Shown: positions 17,851 through 27,965, numbered from the stretch's first letter. The stretch is 33,377 nucleotides of DNA from Candidatus Dadabacteria bacterium UBA2774 (GCA_002352485.1 DEIM01000218.1:1-33377), one strand, 5' to 3'. Made by a program: numbers and translations. Notes: generated by a model not told the origin, from the letters alone.

Positions 17851-19075
17851 AGAGCAGGATTTAATAATCGGCTTGGATATAGGCACAACGAAAATATGCG
17901 CCATTGTTGGCGAGACAAACCCGCAAACCGAAGAAGTGGAGATAGTAGGCGTAGGTACATACCCCTCGTTCGGTCTCAAGAGAGGTGTGGTGGTAAATAT
18001 CGAGAACACCATACAGTCGGTTAAAAACGCGGTGGAAGAAGCAGAGCATATGGCAGGGTGTGAGATAAGGACGGTTTTTGTGGGTATTGCCGGAGGGCAT
18101 ATTAAGGGAATGAGCGGCCATGGAATGATTAGTCTTCGAGAGCGCGAAGTGGCTCATAAGGACCTTGAGAGAGTAATCGAGTCCGCAAACGCAGTACTGA
18201 TACCGGCTGATAGAGAGATCATCCACGTAATACCGCAGGAATATATAGTGGACGGCCAATCGGGCATTAAGGACCCAATCGGGATATACGGGGTCAAGCT
18301 TGAGACAAAGGTGCATATAGTAACGGGGCAGGTTACCGCGGCGCAAAATCTGGTTAAATGTATACACGGCGCGGGAATGGATGTAGCCGATGTAGTGCTC
18401 GAGCAGCTGGCATCAAGTGAGGCTGTCCTTACTGAGGACGAGAAGGAGATAGGGGTCGTGCTTATCGACTGCGGCGGCGGCACTACGGACATAGCAATTT
18501 TTGTAAGCGGCAGCATAAGGTATACAGAGAATGTAACACTCGGAGGGGATAACATAGACAGAGACATTGCGCTCGGGTTGTCGACTCCGCTTGCCGAGGC
18601 TAGAAAGATTAAGGAAAAGCACGGGTGCGCGCTCACCGAGCTTGTAGCGTCTGAGGAAACGATTGAGGTGCCGAGTGTCGGCGGAAGGCATTTTAGAAAG
18701 ATTTCAAGAAAAGACCTGGCTATGGTAATAGAGCCGAGGATGGACGAAATATTCGCACTAGCCAAAAGGGAAATAAAGAAATCAGGCTATGATGAGCTCG
18801 TTCCCGGAGGAGTGGTCATAACCGGGGGCAGTGTAATAATGAACGGCACGGTTGAGCTTGCCGAAAGGGTGTTGGAAATGCCTGTCAGAATGGGTATTCC
18901 TACTGAAGTTGGGGGGCTCAGCGACATAATAGCCAACCCAGTATATTCCACCGGAGTAGGGCTTGTTCTGTACGGTACACAGTATAAAGGGGATAAAAAA
19001 TTAAGGATTAGAGATGAGAATGTTTTCAAAAAGATATTTGATAGTATGAAAAACTGGTTTCAGGAGTTTTTTTAG
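17843..19075 (+). CDS. ftsA: Cell division protein FtsA
   Basis: GLDIGTTKI, IDCGGGTTD, TGG, C-terminal amphipathic helix ...MKNWFQEFF. Confidence 0.98.
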   Translation: MGREQDLIIGLDIGTTKICAIVGETNPQTEEVEIVGVGTYPSFGLKRGVVVNIENTIQSVKNAVEEAEHMAGCEIRTVFVGIAGGHIKGMSGHGMISLREREVAHKDLERVIESANAVLIPADREIIHVIPQEYIVDGQSGIKDPIGIYGVKLETKVHIVTGQVTAAQNLVKCIHGAGMDVADVVLEQLASSEAVLTEDEKEIGVVLIDCGGGTTDIAIFVSGSIRYTENVTLGGDNIDRDIALGLSTPLAEARKIKEKHGCALTELVASEETIEVPSVGGRHFRKISRKDLAMVIEPRMDEIFALAKREIKKSGYDELVPGGVVITGGSVIMNGTVELAERVLEMPVRMGIPTEVGGLSDIIANPVYSTGVGLVLYGTQYKGDKKLRIRDENVFKKIFDSMKNWFQEFF

Positions 19076-19114
19076 GTTAAACTGGATAAAATATAATGGA
19101 GGAGGGTGTTGATT

Positions 19115-20191
19115 ATGGCAAACTTTGAACTCGAAGACACTGGAATTGAGCAAAAGGCTACAATCAAAGTTGTCGGAGCCGGCGGTGCAGGCGGCAATGC
19201 TATTAATGCGATGATTGAAAAGGGACTTGAGGGAGTCGATTTTATAGTTACTAATACCGACTCGCAGGACCTGAGAAAATCGCTAGCCCCAACAAAGCTC
19301 CAAATTGGCACAAGAACTACAAAAGGTCTTGGTTCGGGGGGTAACCCGGCACTGGGCAGAGAGGCTGCCATTGAGGACCAGGCACTTATAGCAGAGACGC
19401 TTGAAGGCGCCGATATGGTATTTGTTACGGCCGGTATGGGAGGAGGAACCGGAACAGGGTCTTCTCCGGTAATAGCCCAAGCTGCTAAGGAAACGGGTGC
19501 ACTTACGGTAGGCGTTGTAACCAAACCTTTTGGTTTTGAAGGTCCCAGGAGAAACAAACAGGCTCTGGAAGGTATCCAGAGGCTTGAAGAAGAAGTCGAT
19601 ACACTCATAGTAATTCCCAATGACAGGCTTGCCGAAGTACACAAGGTGAGCATACTCGATGCTTTTAAGAAGGCAGACGAGGTACTGCTTCAGGCCGTTC
19701 GCGGTATTTCAGATATTATTACGGGAACAGGATACATAAACGTCGATTTTGCCGATGTGAAGAGTATAATGGGCGAAAATGGCGGTAAAGCGCTTATGGG
19801 CACCGGTTTTGCAGAGGGAAGTAACCGTGCGGTGGAAGCAGCTGAGTCTGCTATTACAAGCCCGCTTCTCGAAGATATCTCTATTGACGGGGCGACAGGA
19901 ATACTGCTTAATGTAACAGCCTCACCCGATTTCGGCATAGAAGAGTTAAACCAGGCCTGTAATTACATAAAAGACCGCGCTCATTCAGATGTAAACCTGA
20001 TATTCGGCCTTGTTTTCAACGATCAGTTCAGAGAGTCGGTTCAGCTTACGGTGATAGCAACAGGTATACAGACCATAGGCGCTCAGAATATGAATAAGAT
20101 AGTTTCTTCAGTCCCGGACACCGAGCTTGCTGAAGACGAGTTTGAGATTCCTGCTTTTATAAGAAGAAGGGGTATTAAAGAAGGCCAGTAA
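19115..20191 (+). CDS. ftsZ: Cell division protein FtsZ
   Basis: GGGTGTG tubulin signature, NVDFAD, C-terminal EIPAFIRR; ATG 19115 is 9 nt after GGAGG. Confidence 0.99.
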   Translation: MANFELEDTGIEQKATIKVVGAGGAGGNAINAMIEKGLEGVDFIVTNTDSQDLRKSLAPTKLQIGTRTTKGLGSGGNPALGREAAIEDQALIAETLEGADMVFVTAGMGGGTGTGSSPVIAQAAKETGALTVGVVTKPFGFEGPRRNKQALEGIQRLEEEVDTLIVIPNDRLAEVHKVSILDAFKKADEVLLQAVRGISDIITGTGYINVDFADVKSIMGENGGKALMGTGFAEGSNRAVEAAESAITSPLLEDISIDGATGILLNVTASPDFGIEELNQACNYIKDRAHSDVNLIFGLVFNDQFRESVQLTVIATGIQTIGAQNMNKIVSSVPDTELAEDEFEIPAFIRRRGIKEGQ

Positions 20192-20252
20192 CTCTTGGCG
20201 TGGGTAACAACCGCAGGCTAATGAATACATGAGTTATGGTGCCTGAGCTTTA

Positions 20253-20657
20253 TTAGGAACTATAACTCTCTGTAGGATCTTGAGAGGTGTGGCCGTTTGA
20301 TGCTTGTTCTTCAAAGGGCAGATCAATGCGAGGGGCGTCTATCCAGAGGCTTTCTATGTCGTAAAAACCTCTTAACGGCTCATAAAAAATATGGACAACT
20401 ACGTCTGCTGAATCAATGAGAACCCATTTGCCTTCAGAATAACCTTCAATCCCAATTATCTTCTCACCCAGCTCCTTGAGTTTTTGCTCTATGCCATCGA
20501 CTATGGTTTTTACACCCCTGTCGGAATTGGCGCTGCAGACTAAAAAGTAATCGGTGACGTCACTTGAGGTCTTTACTTCGATAAGTATGGGATTTTGTGC
20601 GTGTTTTTCCCACGCGGTATGGGCAATGGATAGAGCTTTCTCTTTGGTTTCTATCAA
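20253..20657 (-). CDS. rsfS: Ribosome silencing factor RsfS (Iojap)
   Basis: TDYFLVCS, EG...WVLID, VVHIF...RGFYDIESLW; follows nadD. Confidence 0.95.
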   Translation of the reverse strand: MIETKEKALSIAHTAWEKHAQNPILIEVKTSSDVTDYFLVCSANSDRGVKTIVDGIEQKLKELGEKIIGIEGYSEGKWVLIDSADVVVHIFYEPLRGFYDIESLWIDAPRIDLPFEEQASNGHTSQDPTESYSS

Positions 20658-21334
20658 GAATTTCCCTCTGTGTAAAGCTGGTTTGTTTGTATGTAGTGCT
20701 CGACTTCTTCCGGGACCAGATCTTTTATCGGTTCACCCGCTTTTATTCTTTGTCTAATTTCTGTGGAAGAAACCCTGACGCCTTGGATCTGTGTAAATAC
20801 AATTTCTTTGGAATATTGGTTTGAATATATTGTCACGTCGTCCCGGTTCATATGATATCGAAAACCAGGCTCAATTGCAATAGGAAGCGATGGGGCATCC
20901 TCCTCCGGGAATCCCGGTCTTTCGATAACCACAAAGCTCGCTAATTTAAAGAGATCATTGTAATTTTTCCATGTATCAATGTAACTAAAGAGCTCACTCC
21001 CCACTATAAAATAGAACTCTATATCCGGGTACTTCAGAGTAAAATGCTGCAGGGTCTCTATGGTATAGGAAGTTGTGGCTTTTTCTATCTCGTAGGTCGA
21101 TATATCAAAATACGGATACGGATCCAGTGCAACTTCCAACATCTTTAATCGATCTTTTGAAGGGGTGGTTTTCGTTTGTTTCTTGTGCGGGGGAATGGCT
21201 GAGGGAATAAAGTAAATCTTCTCAAGCCCAAGGATACGCCTTATCTCTTCGGCAGCCCGCAGATGCCCCAGGTGTACCGGGTCGAAGGTGCCTCCGAAAA
21301 TCCCTACTTTCTTTTTCTTCTCCGGGCTCGTCAT
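20654..21334 (-). CDS. nadD: Nicotinate-nucleotide adenylyltransferase
   Basis: GGTFDPVHLGH, PPHK, SYTIET, VSSTEIR. Confidence 0.96.
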   Translation of the reverse strand: MTSPEKKKKVGIFGGTFDPVHLGHLRAAEEIRRILGLEKIYFIPSAIPPHKKQTKTTPSKDRLKMLEVALDPYPYFDISTYEIEKATTSYTIETLQHFTLKYPDIEFYFIVGSELFSYIDTWKNYNDLFKLASFVVIERPGFPEEDAPSLPIAIEPGFRYHMNRDDVTIYSNQYSKEIVFTQIQGVRVSSTEIRQRIKAGEPIKDLVPEEVEHYIQTNQLYTEGNS

Positions 21335-21360
21335 TGTATCGTCAGTAGCTTGGGTGTTCG

Positions 21361-22473
21361 TTACTTTTTCCCTATATACCCTTGTACCATAAACTCGCTT
21401 CCGATTTTTTTCACGCTGACATTTTGAACTTCAATTGAATCCCTGACTTTATCTATTTTTAGATCGCCTATCATACTGAGCCCTCCCGAGCCGACAATCA
21501 TAGGTGCATAGAAAAAAGTGATTTTATCTACGATACCGCTCTTGAGCGCTTGCCCTGCGACCGAGCTTCCTCCTTCGATTAAAACGCTTGTAAACTGAAG
21601 CTCTCCCAGGCGGTGCAGCAGCTCCTTCATATCAATCCGGCCGTTTTTATCTTTTTTTACGGTTATTATGTTTGCGCCGAGACTTTTAAGCTTCTCGCGC
21701 TTAGCCTTATCCACAGGGCGTGCGGTAGCTATAACGGGATCATCGTGAATGCGCATCAGGTTTGAGGAGAGAGGTGTCCTGAGCTTTGTGTCGAGAATGA
21801 CAGGTACGGGGTCTTTGTGGTTGCCTGGGAGCCTTACGTTCAGGCTTGGGTTATCTGTCAGCACAGTGTCTATACCAGCCATCACGGCGTCTGCCCGGCT
21901 CCTTAGGATATGAGCGTGCCTCCTTTGCGTCTCGCTCCCGATCCACTTGGAATCTCCCGAGGCTGCAGCGATCTTTCCGTCGAGCGTTGCCGCAAGCTTG
22001 AGCACAACAAAAGGAAGCCCAGTTGTTATGTACTTTATATAAGCTTCGTTCATCTTACGGGATTTCTCGTCGAGTACTCCCGTTACTACCTCTATGCCGT
22101 TTTTCCTGAGCTTTGAAACACCTTTGCCGCTTACTTTAGGGTTTGGGTCAAGTGAAGAGATTACTACTTTTGATACCTTTTCCTGTATTATGGATCCTAC
22201 GCAGGGAGGAGTTCTTTTACCAGTGTGGCAACATGGCTCGAGTGTCACGTAGAGCGTGGAGCCTGCTATCTTATTTTTTTTCTTTCTTGCGTCTTCAAAC
22301 GCTTCTATTTCGGCGTGTGATAGCCCGGCTCTTTTGTGATGGCCCTTGCCGATGACTTTACCGTTTTTTACCAGTAAAGCCCCGACGAGCGGGTTAGGGC
22401 TCGTCATCCCTTGAGCTTTAAGGGCAAGCTTGAGGGCGGCTGACATATATTTTTTATCCTTATCTATAGGCAT
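21361..22473 (-). CDS. ribD: Bifunctional riboflavin deaminase/reductase RibD
   Basis: TSPNPLVGA, HAE, TLEPCCH...TPPC zinc motif, LDGKIA, IEGG. Confidence 0.97.
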   Translation of the reverse strand: MPIDKDKKYMSAALKLALKAQGMTSPNPLVGALLVKNGKVIGKGHHKRAGLSHAEIEAFEDARKKKNKIAGSTLYVTLEPCCHTGKRTPPCVGSIIQEKVSKVVISSLDPNPKVSGKGVSKLRKNGIEVVTGVLDEKSRKMNEAYIKYITTGLPFVVLKLAATLDGKIAAASGDSKWIGSETQRRHAHILRSRADAVMAGIDTVLTDNPSLNVRLPGNHKDPVPVILDTKLRTPLSSNLMRIHDDPVIATARPVDKAKREKLKSLGANIITVKKDKNGRIDMKELLHRLGELQFTSVLIEGGSSVAGQALKSGIVDKITFFYAPMIVGSGGLSMIGDLKIDKVRDSIEVQNVSVKKIGSEFMVQGYIGKK

Positions 22474-22522
22474 TCAACTTGATAACTTCAATTTCCAGAG
22501 TATAGGAGCCGAAAACAGCGTG

Positions 22523-23866
22523 TTAATGCACCGCTTCGTCTCCTGAGTAAAACAGCGCTTCCACAAACTCCTCGGCATTAAATTCTCTTAGATCGCTAAG
22601 ACTCTCACCGATGCCGATATATTTAACGGGAATATTTAGCTCGTCTGCAATTGCAATTATCACCCCGCCCTTGGCCGTGCCGTCGAGCTTGGTAAGGACG
22701 ATGCCCGTAATGTCGAGCGCCTCGTTAAACATCTTCGCTTGCTGTATAGCGTTCTGACCCGTTGTTGCGTCAAGGACTAAAAGAGTTTCGTGCGGGGCCC
22801 CTTCGAGCTCGCGTCCTACTACTCTTTTCATTTTCTTAAGCTCCTCCATCAGATTGTCCTTTGTATGGAGTCTTCCGGCTGTGTCTATGATAAGTATGCC
22901 TATTTTTTTTGAAATGGCCGCTTTTACGGCGTCAAAGGCTACGGAAGACGGGTCTCTGCCGCTCTCGCCCCTAAGAAACTCGGTACCTACTCTCTTTGAC
23001 CAGACTTCTAGCTGCTCCATGGCGGCTGCTCTGAACGTGTCTCCTGCGGCGACCATGACGTTATTGTCCTCTTGCTTAAGCTTGTGTGCCAATTTGCCTA
23101 TCGTAGTGGTTTTTCCGACGCCGTTTACTCCCGCGACCATTATAACGAAAGGCTGACTTACAGCCTTTATAGGTGTGCCCTGTGCGCCTTTTAATATTTC
23201 CAGGATTTCTTCCTTTAAAGCCTGTTCGATGGTTTCTTCATCTTCGAGAGACTTCTTTGCGAGCTTTGTTTCCAGTCTCTCCCGGAGTTTCATAGTGGTA
23301 GTGACGCCAAGGTCTGACATGATTAGTGTTTCTTCAAAATCATCCCAGGTGCCTTCATCTATCTCTTTCTTCGATAACATCCCCCCAAGCCTGCCGAAGA
23401 TGCCCGTGTGAGTTTTAGATAGGCCAGAGCGGAGTCTCGCGAACAGCCCTTCCGGGCTCACGTCCTCTTCTTCTGCCTCTTCTATGATTTCTTCAGGGGG
23501 TGCTTCAACCGTTTCCGCTTCAGGGGCAGTCCGTGCTTCCTCTAATATTTCCTTTGCAGGCACTGGCTCAACAGGAATAGTCGCTCCGGGTAATGGCTCG
23601 TGCGGCAAGGTTTCCTCTATTGTTTCCAATACCTTTTCTTCAAGACCCTCTGTGGTTTCCTTAGCAGGTTCGGCTGGTGCCGCTTCGGGAAACTCTTCAG
23701 GGGATTCAGCTAATTCGGCCTCCTCAGGTTTTTCAACGGGCTTTTGCTCAAAGAAGAAGGATATGATGAATGATATAAGTGCGATGACGATGAAAATTAC
23801 TATTACAGCTACGAAATCCGAGAACGGGCTCGGGATAGTATTAAGTAGTGAAAATATTGAATCCAT
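22523..23866 (-). CDS. ftsY: SRP receptor FtsY with N-terminal TM segment and acidic region
   Basis: GVNGVGKTT, DTFRAAA, DTAGR, TKLDGTAKGG; hydrophobic N-terminus followed by a Glu/Pro-rich linker. Confidence 0.97.
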   Translation of the reverse strand: MDSIFSLLNTIPSPFSDFVAVIVIFIVIALISFIISFFFEQKPVEKPEEAELAESPEEFPEAAPAEPAKETTEGLEEKVLETIEETLPHEPLPGATIPVEPVPAKEILEEARTAPEAETVEAPPEEIIEEAEEEDVSPEGLFARLRSGLSKTHTGIFGRLGGMLSKKEIDEGTWDDFEETLIMSDLGVTTTMKLRERLETKLAKKSLEDEETIEQALKEEILEILKGAQGTPIKAVSQPFVIMVAGVNGVGKTTTIGKLAHKLKQEDNNVMVAAGDTFRAAAMEQLEVWSKRVGTEFLRGESGRDPSSVAFDAVKAAISKKIGILIIDTAGRLHTKDNLMEELKKMKRVVGRELEGAPHETLLVLDATTGQNAIQQAKMFNEALDITGIVLTKLDGTAKGGVIIAIADELNIPVKYIGIGESLSDLREFNAEEFVEALFYSGDEAVH

Positions 23867-23877
23867 GATTATATGGT

Positions 23878-23907
23878 CCTCCTCTCTGTGTGAGAGAGAT
23901 TATAACA
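23878..23907 (-). promoter_or_regulatory. ftsY extended -10 promoter and Shine-Dalgarno
   Basis: Minus strand TGTTATAAT (23907-23899) and AGGAGG (23883-23878). Confidence 0.6.
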
Positions 23908-24104
23908 GTCTATTTTATATTATTCGCATCCGGTGTCAGATTTACTAATACTAAACGCGTCTGATATCACGTTGCTCTAACTAATGTGCCGGTGATGTTA
24001 AGAAAGTTAATATACTTTTTGGCGGCTTGTTTTCAACTCGAAGATATCATAAGTTGATTTAGCGGCTCTAAGTTCCGGGAAACATATGATGTTTTTTCTC
24101 CCCC

Positions 24105-24134
24105 TTGAACTGAGGGAATCTTGTTGGATATACT
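24105..24134 (+). promoter_or_regulatory. Putative dnaE promoter
   Basis: TTGAAC-N18-TATACT, ending 7 nt before ATG 24142. Confidence 0.5.
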
Positions 24135-24141
24135 AGTCTTA

Positions 24142-27100
24142 ATGTCCAAAGGTTTTGTCCATCTACATTTACATTCGCAGTACTCGCTCTTAGACGGCGC
24201 AATTAAATTCGAAGAGCTATTTCCCCAGGCTAAAGAGTTCGGGATGCAGGCCGTTGCGCTTACCGACCACGGAAATTTGTTCGGGGCTTACGATTTTTAT
24301 AAAAAAGCCAAAGAAGCGGGCGTAAAGCCAATTATCGGCTGTGAGATGTATATTACGCCCAAGATAAACCCCGATAACCCGGCTGAAGGTAAAACCCATC
24401 ATTTAACAGTCCTGTCTATGGACAAAAACGGTTATCAAAACCTTTCGAGGCTTGTGACCAAGGCGTATTTTGACGGCTTTTACCGAAGGCCGCGCATAGA
24501 TCATGAGCTACTTGATAAACATAACGAAGGCCTCATTATACTCAGCGGCTGTCTTAACAGCGAGCTCTCAAAGGCGATATTCGATAAAGACATGAAAGCT
24601 GCCTTGGGAGTAGCCGCGAGGTACAGGGAGATTTTTGGTGACCGTTACTATCTGGAAGTACAGGCCACCGGTCTTCCCGAGCAGAAGAGGGTAAACAAGA
24701 AGGTTAAAGAGGTTGGTGATAAGCTCGGGATCCCCATAGTTGCTACAAACGACTGTCATTTCTTAAGGCGCGAAGACACGAGGCCCCACGACGCACTTTT
24801 ATGCATACAAACAGGCTCTTCGCTTCAGGACGAAAACCGCTTTAAATTTCAGGGTGATCAGTATTATCTAAAATCCGAGGGTGAGATGCTGGGGGACCTG
24901 GAAGGTTTTGAAGATGCAATCCACAGAACGGGGGAAGTGGCAAACAGGTGTAGCTTTGATTTTGAAGTGGACGGTTACAAGTTTCCCGAGTATGAAGTCG
25001 AGGACGGCACATCACATGACGAGCACATGGCGAAGCTTGCGGCACAGAAGCTCGGCGAGAAGCTCATAGAGGATCTGATCCCGGATGAAAAACACGGGGA
25101 ATATAAAGAAAGGCTCGACACTGAGATTGAGATTATTCAGAAGATGGGTTTTTCAGGCTACTTTCTTGTAGTCGCGGATTTTATTAACTATGCAAAATCA
25201 AAAGGTATACCGGTAGGACCGGGTAGGGGAAGCGCAGCGGGCAGTCTAGTTGCATACGTTTTAGGGATAACCGACGTTGACCCGATCCCCTATGATCTTA
25301 TATTCGAGAGATTCTTAAACCCCGAGCGCGTGAGCATGCCAGATATAGACATCGACTTTTGCGGTGAGGGGAGAGATGAGGTCATACGCTACGTAACCGA
25401 GAAGTACGGTGCGGATAAGGTGGCACAGATAGGAACGTTTGGGACAATGTCCGCAAAAGCGGTTGTCAAAGATGTGGGCAGGGTGCTCGGAATACCTTAT
25501 GCAGATGTGGACAGGGTATCAAAACTGATCCCCTCGTTCAGGGGCAAAGTATTCAGCATAGAAAAGGCAATAGACAGCGTAAAAGAGCTTAAGAAGCTGG
25601 TAGATGAATCCGAAGCGCTTTCAGAGATGATCGAGCTTGCAAAGAGGCTTGAGAACATGGTGCGTCACTCCTCGACCCATGCGGCGGGAATTGTAATTGC
25701 AAACGAGCCGCTTGCCGATCATATACCGCTTTACCGGGGCTCAAAAGACGAGATTGTGACCCAGTACGACATGAACTCCATTGAGGAGCTCGGGTTCGTT
25801 AAGTTCGATTTTCTGGGCTTGAAAACGCTCACTCTAATAGATAAAGCGATTAAGCAGATTAAGGAGAATCATGCAGACAACGGAGGCGCCAATTTCGATA
25901 TCCGTAAGATTCCACTCGATGATCCCAAGGTTTACAGGCTCCTATCAAGCGGGTTTACGAGGGGTATATTCCAGATTGAGTCCACAGGTATGAAGGAAGT
26001 CCTACAAGGACTCAACCCTACGGCGTTTGAGGATATTATTGCACTATTAGCGCTCTACCGTCCGGGTCCGCTGGATAGCGGGATGGTAGATGATTTTATA
26101 AAACGCAAGCACGGTAACGCGGAGGTGGAGTATCCACTCCCAGAGCTCCAGGAGATACTCAAAGACACCTACGGGCTTTTCGTTTATCAGGAGCAGATAA
26201 TGCAGACTGCGAGCGCAGTTGCAGATTATAGCCTGGGCGAGGCCGATCTACTGCGGCGAGCCATGGGTAAAAAGAAGCCCGCCGAGATGAAAGCCCAGAG
26301 AAAGAGGTTTCTGGACGGCGCTAAGGAAAAGGGGATTAAGGATAAGAAGGCAAAAGAAATATTCGATGCCATGGAGAAGTTTGCGGAATATTCATTTAAC
26401 AAAAGTCACAGCACAGCATACGCACTGATTACTTATCAAACCGCCTATCTCAAGACCCATTACCCCGCGGAGTTTATGGCCGCTCTTATGTCCGTTGATT
26501 CGAGTAATACCGATAAAGTCATTTCAAGCATTTCAGAGTGTAAGGATATGAACATTCAGGTACTAGCGCCTGATGTGAATGAGAGCATGGATGAGTTTAC
26601 GGCTTCCGAAGGGAATATACGTTTCGGTCTGGCCGCTATTAAAAACGTGGGCGAGGGTACCGTGGATGCCATAATAAAGGCCAGAGAAGAATGCACCAGG
26701 TTCGATACGATTTTCAGTTTTTGCGATTTAGTCGAAGCCAGGAAATTAAACAGGAGAACATTCGAGAGCCTCATAAAAAGCGGAGCGTTTGACTCCCTGG
26801 GCGTTCACCGCGCGTGTTTGATGGAGTCTGTTGAGACGCTCCTAAGCTACACGTCTCTCAAGCAAAAGAGCTCGGTAGAGGGTCAGCATTCTTTATTTTC
26901 AATGAACGATTCGATTTCACTGCCAACTCTATCTGATAGCACCCCCTGGGAAGAAAAGGAGCTTCTCTCAAACGAGATGGAAGTGCTGGGTTTTTACGTT
27001 ACCAGCCACCCGATGGCTAAATACGAGCAGGAGCTCAGTAATAGCGTTAAGAATACCGATACAGAAGCACTTGCAGAAATAAAAACAAAGCGGGAAGTGT

Positions 27101-27582
27101 CCGTTGCAGGTGTTGTGCGCTCACTTAACGTGCGGCACACAAAGAGCGGGTCCGGCATATTCGGCAATCTAGTGCTTGAGGACCTTAAAGGGTCTGTAGA
27201 GGTAGTTATTTTCAACGATCTCTTGAGAAAGACTCTGCCTATACTCGAAGAGAAGGTGGACCCCGTAATCATTAAGGGAATGACCGAGCCCGGAGAAGAC
27301 AGGGTTAAACTAAGAGCAACAGATATAAAATCTCTAAGTGATTTGAGGAACGGGACTACGGTGCATATAAATTTCCCAAAGGAAAGCACAACGAAAGAAA
27401 CCTTCCTCAAAGCAAAGGAGATTATAAGTAGTTATCCTGGGGAGTCTCAAATCCATATTCACCTGACTACCGAGGGCGGTGTAGCTGTAGTTGAGGTGGA
27501 AGATTTACGGGTATGCATCGACGATGCGTTCATTTCTGATGTTGAAGGGCTGCTCGGGAAAAACGCACTAAGGTTCAATTGA
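24142..27582 (+). CDS. dnaE: DNA polymerase III alpha subunit
   Basis: PHP domain HLHLHSQYSLLDG, GRGSAAGS, PDIDID, KFDFLGL, FNKSH, clamp-binding QHSLF; no intein. Start taken as ATG 24142. Confidence 0.98.
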   Translation: MSKGFVHLHLHSQYSLLDGAIKFEELFPQAKEFGMQAVALTDHGNLFGAYDFYKKAKEAGVKPIIGCEMYITPKINPDNPAEGKTHHLTVLSMDKNGYQNLSRLVTKAYFDGFYRRPRIDHELLDKHNEGLIILSGCLNSELSKAIFDKDMKAALGVAARYREIFGDRYYLEVQATGLPEQKRVNKKVKEVGDKLGIPIVATNDCHFLRREDTRPHDALLCIQTGSSLQDENRFKFQGDQYYLKSEGEMLGDLEGFEDAIHRTGEVANRCSFDFEVDGYKFPEYEVEDGTSHDEHMAKLAAQKLGEKLIEDLIPDEKHGEYKERLDTEIEIIQKMGFSGYFLVVADFINYAKSKGIPVGPGRGSAAGSLVAYVLGITDVDPIPYDLIFERFLNPERVSMPDIDIDFCGEGRDEVIRYVTEKYGADKVAQIGTFGTMSAKAVVKDVGRVLGIPYADVDRVSKLIPSFRGKVFSIEKAIDSVKELKKLVDESEALSEMIELAKRLENMVRHSSTHAAGIVIANEPLADHIPLYRGSKDEIVTQYDMNSIEELGFVKFDFLGLKTLTLIDKAIKQIKENHADNGGANFDIRKIPLDDPKVYRLLSSGFTRGIFQIESTGMKEVLQGLNPTAFEDIIALLALYRPGPLDSGMVDDFIKRKHGNAEVEYPLPELQEILKDTYGLFVYQEQIMQTASAVADYSLGEADLLRRAMGKKKPAEMKAQRKRFLDGAKEKGIKDKKAKEIFDAMEKFAEYSFNKSHSTAYALITYQTAYLKTHYPAEFMAALMSVDSSNTDKVISSISECKDMNIQVLAPDVNESMDEFTASEGNIRFGLAAIKNVGEGTVDAIIKAREECTRFDTIFSFCDLVEARKLNRRTFESLIKSGAFDSLGVHRACLMESVETLLSYTSLKQKSSVEGQHSLFSMNDSISLPTLSDSTPWEEKELLSNEMEVLGFYVTSHPMAKYEQELSNSVKNTDTEALAEIKTKREVSVAGVVRSLNVRHTKSGSGIFGNLVLEDLKGSVEVVIFNDLLRKTLPILEEKVDPVIIKGMTEPGEDRVKLRATDIKSLSDLRNGTTVHINFPKESTTKETFLKAKEIISSYPGESQIHIHLTTEGGVAVVEVEDLRVCIDDAFISDVEGLLGKNALRFN

Positions 27583-27583
27583 T

Positions 27584-27865
27584 TTACTGAGAGTTTTCTA
27601 TTTCTTCTTTTAACTTATCCGCATCACTTGTAATGACAAAGACTTCCTGGACGGATGTACCGCTCCTGGCTATTAGCTTTGCGCCGCTGATGGTCGAATA
27701 TTTGTAACGCACGACCAGGTTTTCTCCTTTGGTTTTCCCTACCTTTATTTCTCCCGGTATTATTCCCTCCACGGAATCAAGCGATGATACGTTGTCCTCA
27801 AGGAACCTTTTTAAGCCCTTGATGATTCCGTGCTCGCGTTTTATCTTATTCTTTCTATGTTTCAT
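27584..27865 (-). CDS. DUF2103-like small protein
   Basis: EHGIIKGL...IIPGEI...GAKLIARSGTSVQEVFVIT resembles DUF2103 from memory. Start at 27865 or 27892. Confidence 0.65.
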   Translation of the reverse strand: MKHRKNKIKREHGIIKGLKRFLEDNVSSLDSVEGIIPGEIKVGKTKGENLVVRYKYSTISGAKLIARSGTSVQEVFVITSDADKLKEEIENSQ

Positions 27866-27965
27866 CGGCGGTAGTACTCTCAGGCACTTCATAACTATAC
27901 AATGTTTCTGTACCGGTTTCTAAGTCGCCCATGGTACTGATGTTAAATTTCATGCCGGAGTTTTG

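Noticed and set aside
17861-19938. Long antisense ORFs opposite ftsA and ftsZ (up to 203 aa), and similar ones across the window
   Set aside because: Shadow frames of conserved genes with no independent motifs or start signals.
20192-20252. Terminator or sRNA between convergent ftsZ and rsfS
   Set aside because: Only an imperfect long-loop inverted repeat (TAACTC/GAGTTA) without a U-tract.
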